DNA of 54,630 nucleotides, filler included, from Sphacelaria rigidula (Eukaryota): assembly GCA_964200075.2 (NCBI GenBank). It is 5 parts of 5 records of this genome, joined end to end, with 100 filler letters (N's around TTAATTAATTAA, not from the genome) between each part and the next. Parts side by side here need not be neighbours in the genome. Positions count along the whole stretch, not along the records: positions 10,948 to 21,794 come from CAXNAA020005806.1; positions 21,895 to 32,740 come from CAXNAA020005807.1; 3 more parts are not named here. One strand, given 5' to 3'. Both the position numbers and the translations under genes were made by a program. Under the pieces are notes generated by a model that saw only the letters and a list, made by a program, of their open reading frames with translations, had not been told where the DNA came from and did not search any database. Below, piece after piece: positions 11,104 to 22,387 of the stretch (positions are counted from its first letter, which is position 1; every line of letters starts with the position of its first letter).

Positions 11104-11289
11104 CTGCTGGCCGGATTGGATCCCGTACGTTACCCCTTGCCCGGGGGAGCTAGGATAGCCACCAGCACCCGGACTCATATGCGATAGCGCCGGTGAACCC
11201 GCCCCCTGAGCCCCTGCGACGCCGTATCCACCCCCTCCATAGTACATCCCGGATTGCATCTGCCCCATGAGCGCCTGTTGCGAAGGGTC
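11104..11289 (-). CDS. Exon of an unidentified Gly/Met/Gln/Tyr-rich low-complexity protein
   Basis: TTTTTATCAG acceptor, 186 nt in phase 0/0 (DPSQQALMGQMQSGMYYGGGG...GIQSGQQ), GTGGGC donor. Confidence 0.7.
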
Positions 11290-13872
11290 CTGATAAAAAC
11301 GTGGACACACGAATCATGAGCGAGCCAAAGGAATGCAAGAGAGATAGGCAGTGAAGGGCGTGGGTGAGGGTGGAAGGAGGTGAAATGGAGGAAGAAAAAA
11401 ATCGAGATGACAACAACGGAGGTTGGAATTTTCAGATGAGCAATCGAGCTATTGCAAAATCGGGCCTCGCATGTTACTATCGGGAAGAAGCAAGTGAATT
11501 CCGACTGCTTCGTGGAACAAAATAACAGGAAGCGGACACGGGGAAACGCACGACACTGAACAAGCGTACGAATTTCACAACAGGGTTACGTGGAATAAAG
11601 CAACTTGAAGAGTTATGCGCTGGCTTTGTCGTGATCAAATATTACGTTCGGCAGCAGGTTGAGCTACAACGTAAGCTGGGCCAGCGAGCACGTGAGAATT
11701 TCCAGCCTCCGAAATTCCCACATGTCAGGGTCCGTACCAAACACGAAGTTATTACACAATTTTCCTTTTGCCATGGGTTCGTCTAAATGCCGTCCCTGGA
11801 ATTGGAAGTAAATATCATACAAGTGATCAACCCACGACTACGCGCGGTGGGGGGTGGGACACGAATGGTGGAGAAGGAGTTCAGGGATTGCATGTCTCGG
11901 TTTTCCCGAATCTCTCCCAGAGCATTGACAACAGTTTTTTCGCTTCTACACAAAAAAGATATCGTGCCGTGTTGGGGGCTTGACAAATTTCCGTTCATCC
12001 TTGGTATAGCGAGTCGGACGAGGTTTCAGACGCCAGAGAGATGCGTTACACGAAGCGTGATCGGCTGCTACTGCTTCTTTGTCACTGTCTGTAGCGGCAA
12101 TCGTAACTCGCTTGGCTATCCTCGACGGTGAATCCAAGCGAGGCTCACCTGCATGTGGACTTCAAGCTCTCAATGGCGCACCATACCATCAATCGTATCA
12201 AGACCTGTTGTTTAATACCACATAGAACGGCGACTTCTCGACAAAATGTTTCGCTCCGCTCAACTACATACCAATCACCACCAGAGGTATCAAAGTTCAC
12301 CTGATGAGGAAAAAGTGAAACACATATTCGTCGACCCCTATCCCATCGACCATTGAACTCCCATCAACATACGAAACAGTCAAGGGTGTCGTACGCCAAT
12401 ATCCGATACCTCATTGTGAAATATATACTTGGTGTGAATGTAAGCTGCCATGACATTTGGATATCCACTTATAGCTCACAGTCCCATGCGCTCGAGACGC
12501 TTGACGCGCACTGTGGGCAGCACGAATCTTGGCTGAAATCGGAAGCTGCGGCGCCGACTTCAGCCAGAAATATAGCATAATTTCATCTGGAGAATCGCCT
12601 GGGCACCCCGCTTGCTCGAAAGTCCTTGGTCTGTCTTGGGCAGGAGTTTCCTTTCCATTGTGCTTAGTGAGGGTTTGACAAGAGCGGTGCGCGCTCAACT
12701 TGGCCGTCAAATTTCAGAGCCAAACCAAGACATCATACACTGATGATGCGGGTGCGAGCAGATGCCAGCGTCGCTTGCCGTATTCGCGGCGAGGGCGAAC
12801 AGTTTCGTTTCGTCAAAACGCGTGATATGGTAAGTTTTTTGCACTTGTGGCCTAAAAAGTTGCAGAGCTAGCAACATCAAAGCGCGTCTATCACGCACTC
12901 AAAACTGAGGGGAGACCATCAAATCCAGTTTCGATCCTCCTCGTATAGGTACAGGAGGGTAGATAAACAGTCAAGAAGAAAGCTAGGCTTCGAACGTGAT
13001 ACATTCTTTTCTCTTTTTTTCTTTTTTGGGGGGGGGCGCCGGATAAATAGACATAAAATGCTCATGGTTGGTGAACGGTCGAGCCAGAATATAGGCCAAT
13101 ACACGGTTCGGAGGAAGAGATAACACCGGTGACAAAAACGACGCTGCCCGACGATCGCTGGATCATTCTTCCCCGACACTTACAACAACGCGGAGGCAGA
13201 AGACAAGATATGTATGTATGTTCTTTCACCACTCGAATTTACAGTCAAGTGACCCCTCGTGTGTTTTTGCCCCCCAGCCCCCCGCCCCCCACTCCTCTCT
13301 CCCCAACACCTGCTGTTCAGTTATTTCGACACATTCCGAGACAGCACTGATTAACCAATAGATAGACATAACAAGGAGTAGATGAACCGGAAAAAAGCGA
13401 GGTCAGCATGTGTCATGAACAGAGAACACAAAACAATCAACCGTCCAGGATCATAGAAACAAAACAAAACAAAACGCATGACGGTATAGGGTACACGTGA
13501 CAAAATCTACTTCAGCGACCGACGCATACATGCACACGCCTCAGCGACGGCCGCAGACATGCACGCCGTTTTTGCCGTTACGAGGCCCCTTTAACCCCTA
13601 CTGAGGGCCCAGAGCCCCAGTTCTCAGAGGGTTCGGAAGAGTTTTCTTAGGCGGCAAAGGCAACGCCTTCCTACATACTACACAGGATCAAGGGGGCCGA
13701 GAATTAGGAAAGCCTGTGCAAACAGTCGCACAAGATAGTGCGAGGGGGTTCAGAAGCATTGCTCACTACGGAACGACCATGCCTGACCCGTCCCTGGGAC
13801 CACGGAAGAGGACTGACCTGTGGCTGAAAGTGCCAATGCCGTCCCAGAAAACATGCCATCGGAATATCTCAA

Positions 13873-13970
13873 CCCTTAGACCGCGAGGGTAGTTCATCAG
13901 GATAATGCATAATTTTTTCAAGTGAACGTGATGCCGATTCAACTAATGACCCATTCTCGCCATCTGAGGG
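13873..13970. mobile_element. ~98-bp piggyBac-like mini-MITE
   Basis: CCCTTAGACCGCGAG...CTCGCCATCTGAGGG, flanked by TCAA and TTAA. Confidence 0.55.
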
Positions 13971-14781
13971 TTAAATGTGCCCTCGAGGCGGGGGAAGCGT
14001 AGATCACCGTGGCAGTTCTGTTGCTCCGTATATGAGATATACCAGGCCTCTCGGTACGCGAGCAAGCGAAGACCATAGTCCTTGACCGTGATGATCCGGC
14101 ATTATGCATGTTGCCTAACCATGCCTTCAGGCACGATATCTATACACGACGCAGGGGGTTTCGCGAGCCCGCACACTCGGATACTGTCGAATCATGACGC
14201 TCTTTTGACCCTAATCGTATTACCAGGTGAAAATAAGTATTCTCGGGCAAGAGGATGCTGAGGATGATGCTCGGGATGAAGGGGAGCTTTCGCGGTTCAG
14301 ATCGTCATGCGCCGATGCAAATAACCCGTTCACGATGAGCATAAGTCAACCGTTGAATCGTGTTCAATTTCACTCGACAAAAGTATGGATCATCCGGATG
14401 GACTTCCCATGCGGCCAACGGTTTCACCCAAGCCCAAGCCCCATCCCCAACACGTGCTACGCACGCTGGGGAAAGGCATTGCCACCGCAAGCTCTCTTGA
14501 AAATCTTGAAAACGCTACTGAAACCTCAGACCATTGACGTCTTCCAACCACGTGAACTTTTGTCGCCGAGTTAGGGTCAAGTCCTACAGTTGTTGTTGGC
14601 CGCAGACACGCCTTCATGAAAAAGGGCCATTGACCTCAAGCCCTTCGGCACGAAACCTCTGTTCGGGACGAAATTATTGATGGAAATTCATTCGTTCACC
14701 CAGAAAGGTGATCTATCGAATTGGAATCAATTTCATTGGGTGATCAAGATCGTCCGCCGTGATGGTGGAAGGATTAATCTA

Positions 14782-14878
14782 CCCTTTGACGGCGAGCGTA
14801 GCCATGTATTGGACTCAGCATCACTTTAAGTTGAAAAATGGCTGCATAACCAGATGACCTACACTCGCGGTCAAAGGG
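14782..14878. mobile_element. ~97-bp piggyBac-like mini-MITE
   Basis: CCCTTTGACGGCGAGCGTAG...CTACACTCGCGGTCAAAGGG inverted ends. Related to 13873-13970. Confidence 0.55.
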
Positions 14879-17149
14879 TTTTAATAAATCCTTCGGCGTT
14901 AGAGAAAATTTTCCATTTGTGCAATCACCATCATTTCCAGTCCTTTCTCGGGTAAAAAATGGTTCCGATTCCTCAAATGGGCACCTCCTGCGCTTCGAAG
15001 GTGAAACAGGGCCCGACGGTGCAACGGGGGCACCTTCCAGTTCGCGAGGGCCTCACCCCCGACAACAACGAAAGGTTCATTGAGCGATGCTCGACGGTTC
15101 ACAGAGTTCATCGGTCATCGCACCTGTTTCCAATACATATATTTCCCATGGTCCACCGTACGGTCCATCTTAGGAATGTCATCGCCTTTTGGGTTGACCC
15201 TTCAGTCACCCGCCGACCGGCACCCAACTGTGTGACATTTTGTAAGCAAAATTGATACTGATTCAGTAGACGAATCACCCCGATGGGTCAAAGGACTACG
15301 AACTCTTCAGCGCCGCCCCGCCTTTAGTTTCGGGATTCTGACTCCCGACAATTTTTGTGGAGAACGACAACAGCGTACGAAGACCAAAGATTCCTTGCGA
15401 CTCTAAAGGACGAGTGAAGGAAATGATCGTTATCGTTTCACGGCTGGAGGTCTTGCTGCAGGGCCTCCTTCCTGAATAACGTCATCCTTCACGGGACTTA
15501 CAGAGGTCGCAAAGGCCGCGGGCGTTACGTCGGTCGACTGGGTTACGTTAGTGCACATTCACACCAACACTCACGTCATTTTCCGGCATCAAGCCATCGA
15601 ACCCCTCGTCATTCGGTCGACCAGCAGACCGCTATTTCCATTTGTTTCTCCTCTTACACCCCCCCTCCCTCGCCCCGATTCACTGTCGTCAATTCTGGAA
15701 TCATCATCACTCCATACTTCAAAAGACCAGAGGCGAAACGAATCAAGGACTAACTTGATCGTTTGAGGGTGAACAAAAGTCATTCGTTGAATCGACTTCA
15801 ATTTTACCAAAATAAAAGTATCGTGACCCAGATGGACTACCCTCGTGGACAAGGGGTCGACGGACCACCAAATTCACGCCCGCCTCGAGAAAGCTTGCTG
15901 ATGGGTCAGTCTAATGGATGGACTTCTACAGCGCACATGCCCATGCAAGTCTTCCACGTGTGAATCGATTGTGTTGCTGTCAGGCTCCAATCTCGGGGCC
16001 AAGTGTTTGGATGAGGTAAAATGCATGGTGATTTATACAGAGTGTGCGTCGGAGTCAGACAGTCCGTTTTTCGCACATCTCGCCGAATTTCGTATTCATC
16101 GTCGTGCTCACGACCTCAATTATTTTGCAGGTCCACTTTTTCGGACAATGCGGGATTTCTGCTGAATACTGGACGTCATATGGTATCCAGATGCTTCGCG
16201 AGATGGAGCTATATCAACCTCGATGTTCTCGATATATTCAAATGAGACTACCATGTATCAAAACTGTTATGATTTGTCTTATTTCTTGTTGTAGACGTTG
16301 ATGTTCCTACTGCTGCTGCTACGTTCAAGTCCAGATTAGCACGGTGATAATATCAACACGAACGCACGATTTGGGGTTAGTCCACGTTACTTCATAACAG
16401 AAACCCTCATTTTGAGCTACTGCTAGTCAGCGTCGTAAACTTCGCCAGTCTATTATCTTGGCGTAGAAGCTACAAAGATATTCCTCACAGTCGAGTAAAC
16501 CAGTTTAGATTTGAGGAAGTTTGAATGGTCATCACTAAAACGCTCCCTAAGGTCAAACGGGGCTCGGAAGACAAACGGCGGAGAGAGGGGGGGGAGGGGG
16601 GGGGGGGGGGGGGGGGGGGGGAGGGGAAAAAAAAAAAAAAAAAAACATGCGCGGGTTTTAAACCACGAGAAAATTTTTATTTTTAAAANNNNNNNNNNGG
16701 AGGGGGGCGGGCGCAGTGTGGATGGTTGGCGGTCTGTGCTGGGAGAGGCTACGAGCAAAGATATCGATACAAAACTTGCCGGTGTTTACACCCTGGACAA
16801 GATATTAGTTTGTAAAAAATTGTACTGCGCACAGTACGGAATATGTTGTCTATTGCAATAGGCACAATAGTCGATACTGTACGCAGTACACTTGTTGACT
16901 GTGTAGTGCCTTGTTCGGGGTGTGCGGACGTTCGTCAATTGATGAGTACAGAATGCTGTCTCACCATGTGACCCAAGTGGCTCCCCATCGCGCTTCCCAT
17001 ACCGGCAGTATGTACGGGAGGACTTCCTGCACCCATACCCTGCACAATCGCACACGGGAGAAGCGCATGGTATCGAAAAACCGAAAGAGGTTATTCGTCT
17101 CAATAACTCCAAACCAAATTCACCAGAGGCCATGCCTCTTCACAAAAAA

Positions 17150-18190
17150 AAACGACTCTAAAAGATGCGATCGAGTCGAATTGGTCGCTGCCAGGCCGTA
17201 TCACACACGCCCAAGGTATGATGCTCTCAGATGGCTTCAAGTCCATATTATAATTAGTTGCGCGCGACGGGGCAGGGTTAGAAACAAAACAGCTCAGCTT
17301 TTTCGAGCGAAACGAGTGGCGGAATGAACAAAGCGGCACGTAACTTCTGGGTTGCAAACAACCGTCCCAGATAATACCTTTTCACAGATTTACGCAAAAC
17401 CCAAATGGTTCATTCACAGCTACCTACTTCACCCTGCGGCATAAATCACGAACTGGGCACAGGGATACGTACAGTGCAGTGATAGGAAACCGACACCACC
17501 ACTTTTTTTGGCTTCATGTGTTCCTTCTCAGCGACGAAAACTTGGGCGTCTAATTTTGTGGCAGGGTCCATCGACGGAGTTGCGTGTTGTGATGTGTGTT
17601 GTGTGTGTTGTCGTCCCATCTATTCTGGACGCCAGTCTACCCCTTTCGGTATTCGTGAGCGCAACAGCCGGGGTCACACAGGAGTTTCTTCATTTGTTTT
17701 TAGTGCCCCACCCTCCTTTTGCGGTGCTTGCCTTTTATTGTTCATCGCGAAAGGGGTTCAGCAGTTCCCTTTCCTTCCTCGACCGTTTCAGTCAAATTTT
17801 GGGTGGGCGATCGAATTGCCAACGCACTGATGGACAGTAGAGGCGACGCAAAAATGCTCGTGGTTCAAATCTGTTTCGCATTCTTCTCTATTGAGAGAAT
17901 CAGAAAGCTGTGCGGTTTGTATGTCACGTTGCCCGCTCCTTTTCCACGTCACGTTTGCATGCTGTACGAAACACACAATATACACAACAACAGCACAGGC
18001 CGCAGCTGTTTACAGTCCGTGCTCGTGCTGCCTGTATTGTGCCACGTGAAAGTAAAGAAGTACCGCTTCACGGATTTCACCCGGCCGCTTTGATTCAAAG
18101 CGTGCAAATCCGCTCGTACTCAAACATTGCAAAGCGGAGGCATCAGTTCCGCCGCACCAACTCGTTCAAGTCGAAGAAATTTTCTCATAA
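17150..18190 (+). mobile_element. Unclassified dispersed repeat interrupted by a SINE
   Basis: Colinear with 42760-43545 in reverse complement, apart from the SINE insert. Confidence 0.7.
17590..17797 (-). mobile_element. SINE family A, 5'-truncated
   Basis: Has the tail and body of family A but lacks the tRNA head. Confidence 0.8.
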
Positions 18191-18663
18191 AACGGCCTGA
18201 TAGATGGGATCAACGCTGCGAAACACGAATGTTGTCGATAGAAACATGGCAACGAAATGTCCAAGGGCGGGACGAACACTGATTCATCTGGGAATCACTT
18301 GCGTTCAGTGTTGATTCGTACCAGATGAATCTATCCTTGTAGTTTGTTTCCAGCATTGCACCCCAGGTAGGCGCACCTCACGCACGCGGAAAAGCGCAAC
18401 ATTCGTGTAGGGACGTTCTTGACCAGGGATCGACTGTTTTCTCTGTCGAGCAATCAGATCTCAGGAATGGTAGATTTTGTGGCGCGAACGGGCGACGAGT
18501 TGTCCGACGCTCGCAAGTGTCAACTCATCCAGATTATCTCTTCCACCAATAACGCCGTCCCAAACCCGAGGCTCCCGATACATTTCACGGTAATCTGGCT
18601 ATTCCGTGGCAAGTAACTGTGAAATGTATCGGGGAATCTCGAGTTTGAGATACCTCACATGAA

Positions 18664-18760
18664 CCATCGACCGCGAGGGTAGGTCACCTGCTGAATCGGC
18701 ATCAATTTCACCCGGAAAATGTGTGATACCGATGGACCACCCGCGTCACAGTCTGACGGA
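18664..18760. mobile_element. Degenerate ~97-bp mini-MITE
   Basis: CCATCGACCGCGAGGGTAG start, shared with the 13873 copy. Confidence 0.4.
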
Positions 18761-18776
18761 TTAGAGAGATCGGGCC

Positions 18777-19139
18777 GTGTGTGTGTGTGTGTGTGTTGTC
18801 ACCCCATCCATTATGGACGCCAGTCTACCTCTTTCGGTATATGTGGGGGCACCAGCCGAGGTCACTGAAGAGCAAGGTCAACACAGGGGCTTTATCTCAT
18901 CAGTTCGTTTTTCGAATCCTACCTTTTGTGGTTCTTGCCTCTTCTTCTTTATCGCGAGGGGTTCAGCAGTCCCTTTCCCTCGTCGACCGTTAGGTGGAAT
19001 TTTGTGTACCCACGACGTAGTTGCTCTCCACCATTAGGCATGATGTGAGAAAAAATCCCAGATCGCTCCGGGAACAGAACCCACTACCCAACCGTCAGAT
19101 GATTTCGATGTTACCAACTGAGCCACCGGGGGCGACCAG
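18777..19139 (-). mobile_element. SINE family A, full length
   Basis: (TG)n tail, body and head (CCAACTGAGCCACCGGGGGCGACC on the + strand). Confidence 0.85.
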
Positions 19140-21153
19140 GGCAATGTGTTGCTGAAAAATGTCTGAATAGACACGATCGTCTTCTTCAATTTTCATGAGT
19201 CACCAGGTGTGAACATATATCACCAGGAAAAGGTGAAGACCGAAACTATCAGCACCTTGTCCAAGAATGTGGGACATCTGGGTCTCAGGTTCATGAGTCG
19301 GTTTTAAATGATGTCGACTCAGCCGGTGACCTACGCTGGCTGTGAAAGGGTAGACGGGGAGCACGTGCACAGTAGCAGATGGACGTCAGGGATATAGTCG
19401 CGAACCGACGGGAGGAAAAAATATCCGCTCAGAGCATTGAAAAAAGGCGTGTACGCGTCTTCATAACGACCACTTATGCGCGGCAAAATTTGGGTAGATG
19501 CGGTTTCTCCTTATCTGGAAGAGGTGTCCGCCACGTTACGATGTTCCACCAGCGCACTGGGCAATCACCGAACAAAACACCGACATGCAGCTAGCTCACT
19601 CGCTGTCTACACGCGCCATCATTTCGATCATGGGTAGAGCGGCGAAACCGGCAGAGCCCACATGGCAATTGTTTTTCGGAACGACATGTGTTTGATTGTC
19701 GTCGAGTTTTTCTTGTACAACCATCAAGTAGTCACTCTTGATCGAATAAAACAAAGAGCGAGGGGACAACAGCTTGCTGCTAGTCTATTTCGACCGCACT
19801 ATTCGGGGGTGAATTGTCTCCTGGACAAACTCCACGGAACAAACTGATAACTTCAAGACACAGGGAAGAAATAACACTTACACAAGAGGAAGGGTAGAGC
19901 GAATGGAGAAAAAGAAAAACACTTAGACTGTGCCGAGCTACTGTCGTCAAAAAAGCCGACGGGGGCCACCATCCTGGAGCGCCGTCTACTTCTCATATTC
20001 GTATGTAAATATTTAGATTATGGACACCACACTTTCCTCATCGCTCGAAATAGTAAGCGGAGTGTCTTCGTAACCGAGGTCGGTCGGCTCTCTACGCTGG
20101 ATAATGAGGGAAACACCGTTGCGTGGATTTGCACGTATGGTTCAGCGCGAGGACGTTCAACTTCTTCATCACGAATAAATACCCACGGACAAAACCAGGG
20201 TCGTGCATCAGTTCGTTTGAATGAAGAAAAGTCGCGCGAGGGGGGGAAGAAAAAAACTGTTTCTTCCAAAAACCACATGTAGCTGGAAAAACTTCAAAAC
20301 TTTCCAAAGACCAGAAAGTTTCCTCTTCATTTTTGGAAAAATGATCCGATTATGCACCTTTTTTGGTTCCGCTTCTTACTCGATCATCCGTGTCAGGAGA
20401 GGATGATGGATCGCGTGGAAACCAGACGCTGTGTTTATATTTCTAGAGGCAAGATATAGCCGGTGCGGTGCGTACAGGCACACAGCTTTCGGCACCGCCA
20501 CAAATACGGAAAGACAAAAAGCGCATGCAAGGTAAACGCGTCCGATAAATGAAGAAGGGCTCCGAGATCATACCTTCCAACAACAAAGGTTGGGATAACC
20601 ATTTGTATTAGTTACAAAACGGGAACCAAATCCACACTTTATTTCTTCTTCCATCAAAATACTCCATTTCCCTCCCCCAACATTTCATGCCAAGCAATGA
20701 GTGAGCCGTTCGTTTCAACCCTCACATGAGGTGTATGCAGACTTTAAGAAGTCACGTATAGTTCACACAACAGGGCGGTGAAGGCTCGGGTTTTGTCCGT
20801 TGTGAGCGATGAGCTACGACTACAGATCCAGGTCCGCTTCAACCGGCGGTCCTAGTGCCATCAACACTCGTCACCACAGTACTGTGCAGAACTCAAGATC
20901 CACCACGTTTCGCTCATGTTATTTACCGTATACGATTCGCTCACGCCGTAACTGTCTGCAGTCATACCTGAAATGTGGTGGAACTACTACCGAAAAGCTA
21001 TTCCGATGTAGATCATGTGGAAATTGTTGCAGCTTGAAGGCGAGTGGAGGGAGGGCGGGGGAGAGGTTTGCAAAACACCTCCATATCCCGCGAACCAACA
21101 TACGAACAATTCTGTTAACATCAAGGGTGAAAGATCCTCACATGAATACCCAC

Positions 21154-21291
21154 TCCGACAGGCGGCGACTGCATGCCCATTGCTCCCATCGAGCCCGCTG
21201 CAGCGCCGGCACCAGCGTACATACCCTGGCCCATCGCCGCCGAACCGGGTGACATCCCACCACCACTCCCGCCATAGCCCATATGCGGTAC
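21154..21291 (-). CDS. Upstream exon of the Gly/Met-rich low-complexity protein
   Basis: CAAG acceptor, 138 nt in phase 0/0 (VPHMGYGGSGGGMSPGSAAMGQGMY...MQSPPVG), GTGGGT donor. Composition matches the 11104-11289 exon. Confidence 0.65.
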
Positions 21292-21794
21292 CTTGCGAGC
21301 AAGGCATTGATATATATATGACGCGCACACCACGACCACGCGGAGAGCAGAGATCAACACTTTGTTTTACCGGTTTCACGGGTAGATTTCGCGATTTTTA
21401 CGAAACACGACGTCATGTGAATTCCTAGTATGATTACTCGTCTTCGCTAGTTGCTTCGTGGGTCTCGTATGTGAGGTGGGCATGTTGGGGCAAATGAAGG
21501 GCAGTGGACGAGTGGGTTCAGACTCGAGAAGTAGCTCGATATCACATCAAATGCATATGCGCATAGACGGACATCAAATCAAACAAACCTAACAATACAT
21601 TTGATGACATACTGCACCTAGAGTACAGGAGCGCAGAAAAGAGTCAAACGTACAAGGCAACCAGCGCACGGGGAGGGGGGTTTGAGAGCGGGCAGGCATG
21701 CCGGAAGATGGAGTAAAGTGGGGGGGGGGGGGGGGGGGCGGACTTTTTTTTTGGTTCCCTTGGGGGGGGGCCCCTTTCCCCCGCCCCTCTTCCC

Positions 21795-21894
21795 NNNNNN
21801 NNNNNNNNNNNNNNNNNNNNNNNNNNNNNNNNNNNNNNTTAATTAATTAANNNNNNNNNNNNNNNNNNNNNNNNNNNNNNNNNNNNNNNNNNNN
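21795..21894. other. Artificial contig linker
   Basis: 44 N + TTAATTAATTAA + 44 N. Confidence 0.97.
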
Positions 21895-22387
21895 CGATAT
21901 GGTATGTCCCGAAGTTCGGAATAGCTATAGAAACAAAACAGTTCTATTTTCTAAACCACGTCTACATGATTGAAATGACTCTCGTTACCTGAGTAACTGT
22001 GGCTTCCCCGTCCCCCCGCCAAGTATGAACGAACGACGACAGAGTTTTTGCGAGTGCATGTAACACCCACGGCGGAACAGAGAGTTTTCCCGTATGAAAA
22101 TCCTCGTTTTCCCACCTGCAAATCGTGTTATGCCCGTTGCGTTGCTTTCTAATAAGAACGTTAAACTGTCGATTTATGTTTGGTTCTGTACTGAGTGGCG
22201 TATGTCAATGCCAGCAAAGTTTGGTAGTGCTGTTCGACAGTATCTTCGAACGTTTGGCCGGATCCAAAGCGTCCACTTTCCCTCAGGTAACGAGAGTCAT
22301 TTCAATCATGTAGACGTGGTTTAGAAAATAGAACTGTTTTGTTTCTATAGCTATTCCGAACTTCGGGACATACCATATCGTTACGGT
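21895..22387. mobile_element. MITE with >=99-bp perfect TIRs
   Basis: 21895-21993 is the exact reverse complement of 22282-22380. The left end is cut by the contig start. Confidence 0.75.

Noticed and set aside
11787..12131. Possible hAT transposase fragment (VEKEFRDCMSRFSRISPRAL)
   Set aside because: The resemblance is faint and no catalytic motifs are recognisable. It would need an HMM search.
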